Shown: positions 22,217 to 32,067, numbered from the stretch's first letter. The stretch is DNA of 64,000 nt from an uncultured Chloroflexia bacterium (GCA_963749705.1 CAVVNQ010000002.1:32001-96000); one strand, 5' to 3'. Program-made: numbers and translations. Notes: generated from the letters alone by a model not told the origin.

Positions 22217-22972
22217 GTGCCCCTCGATTTCCTCAAGCGCCGCGGCGGTGACGGCGAGAAGCCGGAGCCCGCCACACCCAAGCCGACGCGCTCCATCGGG
22301 CTGCCCGAGGAGGTCGTCGCGCAGGAGTATCAGCTCAAGCTGTACTTCGCCGGCAAGAGCACCGAGGGTGTCCGGATGACGGCCGGCCCCCAGGCGATGC
22401 ACGAGCTGCCGGAGATGCTGTCGGGGATCGTCGGCGGCGAGATCGAGGTCGTGGAGCCGCTGCCGCTCGAGTTCGCGCAGGCCGTGCCGCAGATCGTGCG
22501 GCCGTCCGAGGCCATGCAGTGGCTCAATGCCCACCATCAGCTCAGCCCCGTGACGCGTCACACGCTGTACGTGCTGGAGTCGATCGACGCCGTCGACCTC
22601 GCGTTTGACACGCTGGCCTGCGGGCTGCTGGATGGCGAGGTCAGCACGTCGGGCTATCCCGAGTACAGCGCCATCGTCGGCGGCGTCGCGTCGCACTGGG
22701 ACGAGGCAACGGGTGACATGATCGTCCGCGGCGTCGTCGGCTGGGGTGGTCGCGGCGTCCGCGGCGACACGGACCGAAACGCGCAGCGCATCCTGGGCGG
22801 CATCCTCACCAACATCCTCGCCAACCAGCATGCGCTCGGCCTCACCTCCGTCGACCGGCCCGTTCCGGCCGCGGGACGAGGCGGCCTCGTATGCGCGCAC
22901 TGCGGATTTGCGTCCGCGCACGAGCGGGCGTTCTACTGCCCGAAATGCGGGATGCGGCTGCTTCGCGGCTGA
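22217..22972 (+). CDS. Hypothetical protein with C-terminal zinc ribbon
   Basis: CAHCG...FYCPKCG; RBS GGGAG before GTG 22217; extended -10 TGCTACCAT at about 22174. Confidence 0.8.
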   Translation: MPLDFLKRRGGDGEKPEPATPKPTRSIGLPEEVVAQEYQLKLYFAGKSTEGVRMTAGPQAMHELPEMLSGIVGGEIEVVEPLPLEFAQAVPQIVRPSEAMQWLNAHHQLSPVTRHTLYVLESIDAVDLAFDTLACGLLDGEVSTSGYPEYSAIVGGVASHWDEATGDMIVRGVVGWGGRGVRGDTDRNAQRILGGILTNILANQHALGLTSVDRPVPAAGRGGLVCAHCGFASAHERAFYCPKCGMRLLRG

Positions 22973-22993
22973 CCCACCACCAGGATCCAGGCC

Positions 22994-23539
22994 ATGCCCG
23001 TCTACGAATACGCCTGCACCGTCTGCGACCATCGAACCGACATCCTGCACGGGATCAACGATCCGGGGCCGCGCTTCTGTCCATCGTGCGGTCGCGAGGA
23101 CACGATGCGCAAGCTGTTCGCCCCGCCCACGATCCACTTCAAGGGATCGGGCTGGGCCAAGAAGGATCGGGCCAGCGCCGCAAGCGGATCGCGTCGCCAT
23201 GGTGGCTCGTCGTCCTCGGCGGGGGGCGAGACCGCCGGCCACGGCGAGCCGCGCGAGTCGAGCGGTGCCGGCGAGTCACGGGAGCCTGGCGGCTCGGGTG
23301 CGGCCCACGAGCCGGGCGGCTCGGGCAGCGCCGGTGGACCGAGGGAACCCGGCGGCTCCGGCGGCTCCGGTGGCTCGGGCGGATCGAACGAGTCGCGGGA
23401 GTCGCGCGGCTCCGACAGCGCAGACGGGAAGCGCGGGTCGCGAGACCGTGACTCGTCATCGTCCGGATCGTCGGACCGATCCACCACGTCGTCCGGGTCG
23501 GGCGCCGCGCCCGGCGCCTCCGCGTCATCGAGGGACTGA
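22994..23539 (+). CDS. FmdB-family zinc ribbon protein with Gly/Ser low-complexity tail
   Basis: MPVYEYACTVC...CPSCG...FKGSGW signature. Confidence 0.9.
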   Translation: MPVYEYACTVCDHRTDILHGINDPGPRFCPSCGREDTMRKLFAPPTIHFKGSGWAKKDRASAASGSRRHGGSSSSAGGETAGHGEPRESSGAGESREPGGSGAAHEPGGSGSAGGPREPGGSGGSGGSGGSNESRESRGSDSADGKRGSRDRDSSSSGSSDRSTTSSGSGAAPGASASSRD

Positions 23540-23545
23540 CACCCG

Positions 23546-23785
23546 ATGCCAGCAGCCGCCGACTGGATCACGCTCGCGGAAGCCGCCTCCATCCTGGAAG
23601 CCGCCAACATCCGCTTCCGTCCGGAGACCATCGGGAGCTGGGCGCGCAGCGGCCGGCTGTCGAGCATCAAGCTCGGTGGCCGTCGGTTCGTCCGGCGAGG
23701 CGAGGTCAAGGCGCTGGTCGCCGCGCCCCGGCGGGTGCACGCAGCGGACATCCAGCCCGTCCTGTTCGAGGACCTGACCTCCTGA
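23546..23785 (+). CDS. Small HTH DNA-binding protein (excisionase/HTH_17-like)
   Basis: WITLAEAASIL...ETIGSWARSGRLSSIKLGGRRFVRRGEV. Confidence 0.85.
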   Translation: MPAAADWITLAEAASILEAANIRFRPETIGSWARSGRLSSIKLGGRRFVRRGEVKALVAAPRRVHAADIQPVLFEDLTS

Positions 23786-24846
23786 CGGGGGCGGCGGGTC
23801 GGCCGGCCGAGGAACCCCGGATCGATCGGGTTCGCCAGGCTGCCTCGCGCGCTGCCGAGTGGCTGGGCGGCGTCCCCGCGGTCCGGACGCTGCGCGCGAC
23901 CCTGCAGACATACGACGCCGCGGGTGGCGGGCTCGTTGCCGGCGGTCTCGCCTATGCGGCAATCGTCGCCCTCCTGCCGGGGCTGCTGCTGGTCCTGTCG
24001 GTGGTCGGCATCCTGATCGATGACGAGGCGGTCCGCGCGAATCTTGTGGCGACCATCGCGACCGCCGTGCCGCCGCTCGCGAGCCTCGCCCGCCAGGCCC
24101 TGGAACAGGTGGCGAACGGGGCGGTCCCGACCAGCGTGGTCGCGGTCCTCGGCCTGCTGTGGGGGTCGAGCCGCTTCTACGTCGCGCTGGACAACGCGTT
24201 CGCGCGGATCTTCCACAATGCGCCACGCCGGAACCAGGTCCAGCAATCGGTACGCGGCCTGGTCCTCATGGCGTTGTTCGTCGCACTGCCGGTCACGGCG
24301 CTGGTCTTCGGGTCGGTGACCTCGTGGCTCCTTGACGTGGCACCCGCGGGGGACCAGGTCGGCGGGGTCGTCCGCACCGCCTGGCAGGTCGCGTCACCGC
24401 TGGGTTCGGTCCTGCTGTTCGTGGTGGGCGCCGCGCTGGTGTACCGGTTCGTCCCGGCGCGGCGTGTGCCGCGGCAGGCGTTCCTGCGACCCGCGATCGT
24501 GGTGGGGGTCACCCTTGCGGCGTTCACGCAGGCATTCAGCTTCATCGCGCCGCGGCTCGTCGGCGCCGCCGCCCTGTATGGCACGTTCGTCGCGATCTTT
24601 GCGCTCCTCGCCTGGCTGTCGATCGGGTTCAACGTGCTCCTGCTCGGGGGCGCGTGGACACGCGTCCGGATGCTTGCGCGGCTGAGCCCGACGCCGGCGA
24701 CCGACGAGCCCGGCGGAGGCACGCCGGCGGGCGACGAGCGGGCCGGAGGCGGCGCGACGGACCCGCGCGAAGATCACGGCACGCCCGGCACGTCCGATCG
24801 AGCCGGGGCCGGCGAACGGGCAGGCAGGCCCGACGCGGACCGCTGA
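23782..24846 (+). CDS. YihY/virulence factor BrkB family membrane protein
   Basis: AGGLAYAAIVALLP...LYGTFVAIFALLAWL; frame is open and family-like upstream of 24001; probable CTG start at 23782. Confidence 0.85.
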   Translation: MTGAAGRPAEEPRIDRVRQAASRAAEWLGGVPAVRTLRATLQTYDAAGGGLVAGGLAYAAIVALLPGLLLVLSVVGILIDDEAVRANLVATIATAVPPLASLARQALEQVANGAVPTSVVAVLGLLWGSSRFYVALDNAFARIFHNAPRRNQVQQSVRGLVLMALFVALPVTALVFGSVTSWLLDVAPAGDQVGGVVRTAWQVASPLGSVLLFVVGAALVYRFVPARRVPRQAFLRPAIVVGVTLAAFTQAFSFIAPRLVGAAALYGTFVAIFALLAWLSIGFNVLLLGGAWTRVRMLARLSPTPATDEPGGGTPAGDERAGGGATDPREDHGTPGTSDRAGAGERAGRPDADR

Positions 24847-24848
24847 CG

Positions 24849-26138
24849 CTAGCCCTGGCGCGAGCCGCAGCGGCGGCAGAACCGAGCATTTGCCGAGAGC
24901 GACAGCCCGCAGCTGATGCACGGCTGTGCGGTCGGGGTCGGCGCGGCGACCGGGGTCGGCGCGACCCCGAGTGGTGCGGCGCCCAGGACCTCCTGGGCGG
25001 AGGCTGCCCACAACGCGGTCGCGTCTGACTGGAGCAGCGGCCGCCCGGCGAGCGTCGTGGGCGTGTCCGGCACCGAAGCTGCAGCCGGCCGCTGGGGCGA
25101 GGGCCACTGCGGTGTCGTCGGCCAGACCGGTGGTGGCGCGTCGTCAGGGGCAACCGTGAGCCAGGGCGACGCCGCGGGCGCCTGGGTCGGGGCCGGGGCA
25201 TCCGGCACTGCCGGCGGGACGGGAGCGTCCGGCGTGGGTACGGGCCAGGTCGGCTGCGGGATCTCGTCGCGGACCGGGCGCGCGGGCTCGGCGGCGACGA
25301 CCTCGGGTGCCGCGGCGACCGGCTCCGCGTCCGCGGCGACCGGCTCCGGCGGCGGCTCCGTGGCGATGGGCTCGGGCTCCGTCGCGACCGGCTGCTCGGG
25401 CTCCGTCGCGACCGGCTGCTCGGACTCCGTCGCGACCGGCTCCTCGGTGACCGGCTCGGGCTGGCCTTGGGCTGCCGGCACCGCGAGGCTCGCGGCGGTC
25501 TCGGCTTCCTCCGTGGCGAGCAGCTGCTCGTACGCTGCGATCGCATCGTCCAGGCTCTGTCCCGGGGCGAGGCCGCTGACGACCGCCTCGGCTTCGGGCA
25601 CGGGCTGGTCTTCGTCTGCGGCACCGATCACGTCCGTGGCGCCGACTTCGTCCGCCGCCGCGACCTCCGGACCGTCGAGCACCCGCGCGAGGCGATCAGC
25701 GGGGAGGTCCGCCGCCGGCCACGCCCCATCATCATCGACCGGGGAGTGCTGGTGCCCGTTGGCCGCCGCCGGTGCGGCCGCAGGCATCAGGTCGACCAGC
25801 GCGACGGGCTCCTCCTGCCCGGGGATGGGCGCGCAGGTGAGGCAGCGACCTTCGGGACCGTTCCAGCAGTCACTGCACGTGTACTGCCGACACGTGAGGC
25901 AGAAGTTGAAGGTCTGGTGGAACGCGTCGAGCTGGGAGGTGGTCGCCGCCAGCTCCTCCTCGCTGCGTGCCTCGGCCATCGCCTCCGACAGCGACGCATC
26001 GTCCGACATGACGAAGTTGCGAACGCCCTTCGAGAGCACCCGAACGCGGGTCAGCCGCGACTTTCGAGGTGCGGCCAATTCGAACGTATAGCGGGTGCCG
26101 CACCGTTCGCAGAACGACTCGGTGAGGATCTCGGTCAT
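24849..26138 (-). CDS. Cys-rich multi-zinc-finger protein with acidic Pro/Thr-rich linker
   Basis: Start MTEILTESFCERCG at 26138; CLTC..CSDC..CLTC cluster; C-terminal CISCG..FCRRCG. Confidence 0.8.
   Translation of the reverse strand: MTEILTESFCERCGTRYTFELAAPRKSRLTRVRVLSKGVRNFVMSDDASLSEAMAEARSEEELAATTSQLDAFHQTFNFCLTCRQYTCSDCWNGPEGRCLTCAPIPGQEEPVALVDLMPAAAPAAANGHQHSPVDDDGAWPAADLPADRLARVLDGPEVAAADEVGATDVIGAADEDQPVPEAEAVVSGLAPGQSLDDAIAAYEQLLATEEAETAASLAVPAAQGQPEPVTEEPVATESEQPVATEPEQPVATEPEPIATEPPPEPVAADAEPVAAAPEVVAAEPARPVRDEIPQPTWPVPTPDAPVPPAVPDAPAPTQAPAASPWLTVAPDDAPPPVWPTTPQWPSPQRPAAASVPDTPTTLAGRPLLQSDATALWAASAQEVLGAAPLGVAPTPVAAPTPTAQPCISCGLSLSANARFCRRCGSRQG
25371..25442. repeat. 3 x 24 bp intragenic tandem repeat (QPVATEPE-like peptide on the minus strand)
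   Basis: Unit CTCGGGCTCCGTCGCGACCGGCTG at 25371, 25395 and 25419 (third copy imperfect). Confidence 0.75.
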
Positions 26139-26296
26139 CTGACCCCCGAGCACACATGGACGCGATCCGGCTACCCCAGCCGGACAGGTGCCAGAGTATA
26201 TCGCTCGTTCAAGCACGGGCCCGTTTCGAGCTGCCCTGGCATGCGTCCCGGTCCGCCGGGGCGGACGGCGCGCGCTCTGGTACGGTTGGCCGCGCC

Positions 26297-27121
26297 ATGG
26301 CCGCACTCGCCGCCCTCGAACGGCTGCTCGAGCGGATCTTCGAACGTTCCACCGCGCGGCTGTTCCGGACCCGCATCCAGGTCGTCCAGCTCGAGCGTCG
26401 CGTCGAGCGGGCGATGGAGCGTGCGCGCGTGGTCGAGGGCCGCCGGACCCGGGTGCCCAGCCGGTACCGCGTCCGGATGCACCCGACCGACATCGCCGGC
26501 ACCGCCGACGGGGTCGGCGGGGCAGATGCGCTGGCAGGCCGGCTCGCGGACGCCGCCCTGGCATTCGCCCGGTCGCACGGATATCACCTCGGGGACCGGC
26601 CGGTCGTGATGCTCATCGCCGATCCGACCATGGCCGCCGGCGAGATCGACGTGCTCGCGGCGGGCGATCCCGATACGGCTTCGGTCGACGACGGAGCCGC
26701 GCGACGGCATGGCGGCGAGGCGCCATCCAGTCCGAGCGAGGTCCCGGCGCCCAGCGTCGCTCCGCAGGGGATCCGCGGGCCGGGCCCGGACACCCAGGTG
26801 TTTCGCCGCCCGGCGCCGCCCGCCACCCGGGCGGTGCTGCGTGCCCAGATGGCCGATGGGGGTGAGCGGACGATCGAGGTCGATGGCACGCCGCTCGCGA
26901 TCGGGCGCGCCAGCGACAACGGGCTCGTGCTCGACGACGCCAGAGTGTCCCGGCACCACGGCCGCCTCCAGGCGCGCCGCGGAGCTCTCGTGTACACGGA
27001 CCTCGGCAGCACGAACGGCAGCCGGGTGAACGGCGTCCACGTCGACGAGATCGTGCTGGGTCAGGGTGACCGGCTCGAGATCGGCAACACCGTGCTCGTC
27101 GTCGAGACGCTGCCGGACTGA
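26297..27121 (+). CDS. fhaA: FhaA-like protein (DUF3662 + FHA domain)
   Basis: LERLLERIFE N-terminal domain; FHA motifs IGR, VSRHH, DLGSTNG. Confidence 0.88.
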   Translation: MAALAALERLLERIFERSTARLFRTRIQVVQLERRVERAMERARVVEGRRTRVPSRYRVRMHPTDIAGTADGVGGADALAGRLADAALAFARSHGYHLGDRPVVMLIADPTMAAGEIDVLAAGDPDTASVDDGAARRHGGEAPSSPSEVPAPSVAPQGIRGPGPDTQVFRRPAPPATRAVLRAQMADGGERTIEVDGTPLAIGRASDNGLVLDDARVSRHHGRLQARRGALVYTDLGSTNGSRVNGVHVDEIVLGQGDRLEIGNTVLVVETLPD

Positions 27122-27123
27122 TC

Positions 27124-27558
27124 GTGGACGGCTTCGCGCTGACGCTGTGGATGGTCCGATTCCTGTTCCTGGCCCTGCTGTACCTGTTCCTGTTCGCGGT
27201 CGTGCGCGTGCTGTTGCGCGACCTGCGGGCAGCCTCGGCGGGCCGCGCCGAGCTGGGCCGCCTGTTCGTGCTCGCGTCGCCCGCCAACGAGCCACCCGCC
27301 GGGTCATCGTTCCCGCTGGACGCCATCACCTCGCTGGGTCGCGACGTCAACAACACGATCGTGGTGGATGATCCGTTCGTCTCGACCGAGCATGCCGTGC
27401 TCACGTTCCGCGGCCGCAGCTGGTACCTCGAGGACCTCGGCAGCACCAACGGCACGTTCGTCAACGGCGCGCCGGTGCAGGACGTGGCGCCGCTGGGCTT
27501 CGGTGACGAGGTCCAGATGGGCGGGGTGCGGCTGCGGCTCGACCGGAGCCGCGAGTGA
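27124..27558 (+). CDS. Membrane-anchored FHA domain protein (FhaB/FipA-like)
   Basis: N-terminal TM (RFLFLALLYLFLF); LGR, VSTEH, DLGSTNGTFVNG. Confidence 0.9.
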   Translation: MDGFALTLWMVRFLFLALLYLFLFAVVRVLLRDLRAASAGRAELGRLFVLASPANEPPAGSSFPLDAITSLGRDVNNTIVVDDPFVSTEHAVLTFRGRSWYLEDLGSTNGTFVNGAPVQDVAPLGFGDEVQMGGVRLRLDRSRE

Positions 27559-29021
27559 GCGTCGCCGCCCAGGTGCGCTCGATCGGGGCTGGGATCCGCA
27601 TCCGGCCACGGGTGCGACCGACGGAGCTCGGGCTGCTCGCGGTGGCCGCCGTCGCCCTCGTCGCCGGAGCCGCATCGCTGGGGGCGACCCAGCGGGTCGT
27701 GGCCGCGCAGGTCGCCGGAGCGACGCCCGCCGCGCCCGACCTCACGCCACCCGACCCGCGCGGGCTCGCCGTGTACCTGGTCGCGCTGCTGCTCGTCCAC
27801 GTGGCGTTCGTGCTCGCCGGCAGGCGGACGGACCAGGTGCTGCTGCCGACCGTCGGCCTGCTGGGCGGGATCGGGCTGCTGCTGATGCAGCGCCTCCCGC
27901 AGGGCCTGGTCGTGCAGCGGTTCGGTGATGCCGAGCTCGGCCTGGGACAGCTGCAGCTGGCGTGGCTGCTGATCGCCGTCGCGGTGGTCGCCGGGCTGGC
28001 GCTGGCGGTCCGCTCGGATGCCTGGCTCCGCCTGTACAAGTACACCTGGGCGGCGATCGGGATCGTGCTGCTGCTGCTCACGTTCGTGTTCGGCAGCGAT
28101 GTGAACGGCGCCCGCCTGACGCTGTCGATCGGACCCGTCTCGGGCCAGCCGTCGGAGCTGCTCAAGGTGATCCTGGTGGTGTTCCTGGCCGGGTACCTGT
28201 CGGAGAACCGGTCCCTCCTCGCCGAGGAGAGCACCCGGCTGGGGCCGCTGCGGCTGCCACCGATCCCGTATCTCGCCCCGATGGTGGCCATGTGGGCAAT
28301 CGCCCTGGGGATCGTCGTCGTCCAGCGTGACCTTGGCGCCGCGCTCCTGTTCTTCGCGGTGTTCCTGGCGCTGCTGTACGTCGCCACCGGCCGATCCGCG
28401 TATGTCGTCGGCGGCGTGATCCTGTTCGTGGCCGGGTCATGGGTCCTGTACAACCTGTTCGGGCACGTCCAGCAGCGCGTCGACAACTGGCTCGATCCAT
28501 GGCGAGACCCGCAGGGTGCCGGGTTCCAGACGGTCCAGGCCCTGTACGCCTTCGGCCGGGGCGGCCTGCTCGGTGTCGGCCTGGGGGCGGGCCTGCCAAC
28601 CATCGGCGGCCACCTGCCGGTTCCTGCGGTCCACACGGACTACCCGCTCGCCGCGCTTGGCGAGGAGCTCGGGCTGATCGGGCTGCTCGCGATCCTCGGC
28701 CTGTACCTGGTGCTCGTCGAGCGCGGGCTCAGGATCGCGGCCGCGGCCCACGACGACTTCCGGGCGATCCTGGCGGCCGGGCTGTCGCTCGTCATCGGCA
28801 CGCAGGCGTTCATCATCGCGGCCGGCAACCTCAAGCTGATCCCGCTCACGGGGATCACGCTCCCCCTGATCTCGTACGGCGGGTCGTCGCTGCTTGCGAA
28901 CGCGATCGTCATCGGCCTGCTGCTCGCGCTCTCTGACCGGGGCGCCGAGCCGCCACCACCGCCGCGACCGCGGTTCGGACGGTTCGCACGGGTTCGCCGA
29001 CGCGCGCGGGTCAGCGCATGA
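27555..29021 (+). CDS. rodA: SEDS family peptidoglycan glycosyltransferase RodA/FtsW
   Basis: QPSELLK, QRDLG, HTDY...GEELG, PLTGITLPLISYGGSS. Confidence 0.95.
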   Translation: MSVAAQVRSIGAGIRIRPRVRPTELGLLAVAAVALVAGAASLGATQRVVAAQVAGATPAAPDLTPPDPRGLAVYLVALLLVHVAFVLAGRRTDQVLLPTVGLLGGIGLLLMQRLPQGLVVQRFGDAELGLGQLQLAWLLIAVAVVAGLALAVRSDAWLRLYKYTWAAIGIVLLLLTFVFGSDVNGARLTLSIGPVSGQPSELLKVILVVFLAGYLSENRSLLAEESTRLGPLRLPPIPYLAPMVAMWAIALGIVVVQRDLGAALLFFAVFLALLYVATGRSAYVVGGVILFVAGSWVLYNLFGHVQQRVDNWLDPWRDPQGAGFQTVQALYAFGRGGLLGVGLGAGLPTIGGHLPVPAVHTDYPLAALGEELGLIGLLAILGLYLVLVERGLRIAAAAHDDFRAILAAGLSLVIGTQAFIIAAGNLKLIPLTGITLPLISYGGSSLLANAIVIGLLLALSDRGAEPPPPPRPRFGRFARVRRRARVSA

Positions 29022-30538
29022 GCACCGCCAACGGACGCCCGCCCGTGGGCCCCGCCCGGCCCATCGGTCCCAGCGTCGTCCGCGCCGGGATCGCGACCAT
29101 GCTGGCATTCGCGCTGCTGGCCGGAGGCGCCGGCTGGTGGCAGGTCGTGGACTCGCAGCGCCTCACGACGGCACCCGACAACCCGGCCGTGATCGCCGCC
29201 GCACGCCGGACGCTGCGGGGTCCGATCGTCGACCGCGACGGGCAGTGGCTGGCGCGCAGCAGCCGCGACGTCAACGGGGAGGCGCAGCGAACCTACCGCG
29301 ACGACACGATCAGCCAGGTGGTCGGGTACGCATCGCGGCAGTTCGGGACGACGGGCCTGGAGCGGACGTACAACCCCCAGCTGCTCGGCCTGACCGGCTC
29401 GGACCCGCTTGGCGGCCTGCTCGATAAGTTCGACACCACCCCGCACGAGCCGCTGGGGCTCAAGCTGTCGCTGGACCTGCGCCTGCAACGCGATGCGATC
29501 AAGGCGCTGGGTGGTGACCGTGGCGCGGTCGTGATGCTCGATCCGACGACGGGTGAGGTGCTCGCGCTCGCCTCCACCCCCACCTACGATGCGTCCGCGA
29601 TCGCCGACCCCGCGACGGCCGCGGCCACGTTCGCCAAGCTCAGCGCCGATTCGTCGCACCCGCTGCTCCCGCGAGCGACCCTGGGGAGGTACGTACCCGG
29701 GTCCGTGTTCAAGATCGTGACCGCGATCGCCGCGCTCGACAGCGGCGCGGTCACCCCCGGCACGACCTTCCCCGAGCAGCCCGGGGCGGAGAAGAGCGGG
29801 CTGCGGGTCAGCGGGTTCCTGATCCGCGACGGACACCATCCGCAGACCGACGGCAAGGCGCTCGACTTCGTGGACGCGACCGAGGTCAGCTGCAACATCT
29901 GGTATGCGCTGGCGGGGCTGGCCACGGGCGGCGATCGCCTGGTGAGCGAGGCCGGCTCGCTCGGGTTCGGCGCGCCCATCCCGTTCGACCTGCCGACCGC
30001 GATCAGCCGGGTCACCGGTGGCGGCGGCCCGGCCCCTGGCGGCTTCGCCGATGACGTGGAGCTTGCCTCCGCCGCCTTCGGCCAGGGCGAGACCTACGTC
30101 ACGCCGCTCCAGATGGCGCTGGTCGCGGCGACCGTCGCCAACGACGGGGTGCTGATGAAGCCACACCTGGTGACCGAGGTCACGGGCACCGGGCCGGGCG
30201 CAGGGACCGTCAGGCCCGAGACGTGGCGGCGCGTCCTGTCGGCCGCGGATGCCCGATCGATCCAGACCGCGATGGAGCAGGCGGTCGAGGGCAGCCTCGG
30301 GCGGCTGTTCACGTCCGGGGCCAGGGTCTCCGGCGTGCTGGTCGCCGGCAAGTCGGGCACGGCCGAGCTCGGGGGGACGGGGGAGCCGCACTCCTGGTTC
30401 ATCGGCTTTGCGCCGGTCGAGAACCCGAAGGTCGCGATCGCGGTGCTGGTCGAGCAGGGGGGCAGGGGCGGCGAGCGCGCCGCGCCGCTGGCCGGTTCGA
30501 TGCTCAAGCGCTATTTCGAGCTGTACGGCAAGCCCTGA
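29018..30538 (+). CDS. pbpA: Class B penicillin-binding protein (PbpA-like)
   Basis: SVFK (SxxK), SCN (SxN), KSG motifs; follows rodA. Confidence 0.93.
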   Translation: MSTANGRPPVGPARPIGPSVVRAGIATMLAFALLAGGAGWWQVVDSQRLTTAPDNPAVIAAARRTLRGPIVDRDGQWLARSSRDVNGEAQRTYRDDTISQVVGYASRQFGTTGLERTYNPQLLGLTGSDPLGGLLDKFDTTPHEPLGLKLSLDLRLQRDAIKALGGDRGAVVMLDPTTGEVLALASTPTYDASAIADPATAAATFAKLSADSSHPLLPRATLGRYVPGSVFKIVTAIAALDSGAVTPGTTFPEQPGAEKSGLRVSGFLIRDGHHPQTDGKALDFVDATEVSCNIWYALAGLATGGDRLVSEAGSLGFGAPIPFDLPTAISRVTGGGGPAPGGFADDVELASAAFGQGETYVTPLQMALVAATVANDGVLMKPHLVTEVTGTGPGAGTVRPETWRRVLSAADARSIQTAMEQAVEGSLGRLFTSGARVSGVLVAGKSGTAELGGTGEPHSWFIGFAPVENPKVAIAVLVEQGGRGGERAAPLAGSMLKRYFELYGKP

Positions 30539-30573
30539 GCTCACGCGCATTCCCGAGGCGGTAGGCTCACGCG

Positions 30574-30861
30574 GTGACCGATCCCGGTTCGTCCCGCCAC
30601 GACCCGCCCGGAGCGGAGGCTCCCCGCACGGCAGCCCCCGGCTCCGGCGCTCCCGCGCCTGCACCCGGTGAGCCGGACCGTCGCCCGCGCCCGCTCCTGG
30701 AGCGGATCGGCCTTGCCGCCGTCGCCCTCGTGCTGGCCGGCATGTTCGCGCTGGTCGCGGCCGCGTCGTTCGTCGGAGGCGAGCCCTTCCTGGGGGTGAT
30801 CGGCATCCTCGGGTGTCTGATGGTGCTGTGGGTCGGCGGCCTGAGCCTGGTCCGCGGCTGA
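30574..30861 (+). CDS. Small two-TM membrane protein, likely leaderless
   Basis: Two hydrophobic helices; TAGGCT 6 nt before GTG. Confidence 0.75.
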   Translation: MTDPGSSRHDPPGAEAPRTAAPGSGAPAPAPGEPDRRPRPLLERIGLAAVALVLAGMFALVAAASFVGGEPFLGVIGILGCLMVLWVGGLSLVRG

Positions 30862-31036
30862 GCGCCACCGATGCGCGGAGAACCGGATTCAGGGACGGGT
30901 CGTACACTGCGCAGAAGGCACGACGTCGCCAACCCCTCGGATCCCGTTGCGCGACGTCACGGAGGGCCGCGTCGGGCCGCACCGGGTTCGACCGACGAGA
31001 GGTGCTGCGAGGGCAGGCAACCATGACGGGAGACCG

Positions 31037-32023
31037 ATGAGCGACATCCAGCAGGTCGGCGACAGGGTGCTCGCGAACGTCGAGCGGGTCATCGTGGGCA
31101 AGCATCACGAAGTTCGGCTGGCGCTGGTCGCGCTGATGTGCCGCGGGCACCTCCTGATCGAGGACGTCCCGGGCACCGGCAAGACCGTCCTCGCCAAGGC
31201 CATCGCCCGCAGCCTGGGCTGCTCGTTCCGGCGGATCCAGTTCACGCCGGACCTGCTCCCCTCGGACGTGACGGGCCTGTCGATCTACAACCAGAAGACG
31301 CAGGAGTTCGAGTTCCGTCCGGGGCCGATCATGAGCCAGGTCGTGCTGGCCGACGAGATCAACCGCGCCACGCCAAAGACGCAGAGCTCCCTGCTGGAGT
31401 GCATGGAGGAGCGCCAGGCGACGATCGACGGCGTCACCCACCTGATGCCGGATCCATTCCTCGTCATCGCCACCCAGAACCCGATCGAGTACGAGGGAAC
31501 GTTCGCCCTGCCCGAAGCCCAGCTCGACCGGTTCATGCTCCGGATCCGGCTCGGCTACCCGCAGCTGCTGGACGAGATCGTGATCCTCGACGAGCAGAAG
31601 CGGACCCACCCGCTCGAGGCCCTGTCCGAGGTGTGCTCGGTCGACGAGCTGCGTGCGCTGCAGGACGGGGTCCGCGAGGTCTACGTCGACCCGGCGGTCA
31701 GCGACTACATCGTGCGCCTGGTGGCGTCCACCCGGACGCATCCGGACGTGTATCTGGGCGCCAGCCCGCGTGGGTCGATCGCCCTGTACCGCGCCGCGCA
31801 GGCGCTGGCCGGGCTCCTCGGTCGCGACTACGTCATCCCCGACGACGTCAAGGCCCTGGCCGAGCCGGCGCTCGCGCACCGCGTGATCATCAAGACGGCG
31901 TCGTCGATCCACGACATCAGCGCCGCGAACGTGGTCCGCGAGCTGCTCGAGGCCACGCCGATCGAGTCGCCCCGCCGATCCGGCGGTCCACGCGAGGTTC
32001 GTCCGAGCCCCGCGGTCGGCTGA
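31037..32023 (+). CDS. moxR: MoxR-family AAA+ ATPase
   Basis: [41 protein letters not shown]. Confidence 0.96.
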   Translation: MSDIQQVGDRVLANVERVIVGKHHEVRLALVALMCRGHLLIEDVPGTGKTVLAKAIARSLGCSFRRIQFTPDLLPSDVTGLSIYNQKTQEFEFRPGPIMSQVVLADEINRATPKTQSSLLECMEERQATIDGVTHLMPDPFLVIATQNPIEYEGTFALPEAQLDRFMLRIRLGYPQLLDEIVILDEQKRTHPLEALSEVCSVDELRALQDGVREVYVDPAVSDYIVRLVASTRTHPDVYLGASPRGSIALYRAAQALAGLLGRDYVIPDDVKALAEPALAHRVIIKTASSIHDISAANVVRELLEATPIESPRRSGGPREVRPSPAVG

Positions 32024-32067
32024 CCGCGGTTACGGGCGCATCCCGGCCGAACGGAGGAGCGACCGCC

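Noticed and set aside
23200-23539. Repetitive GGS/REPGG tail of the FmdB protein
   Set aside because: Low-complexity tails are common in this family; no further signal
23546-23785. Excisionase-like gene as a prophage or ICE marker
   Set aside because: No integrase, att repeats, tRNA or phage genes nearby; embedded in a native-looking operon
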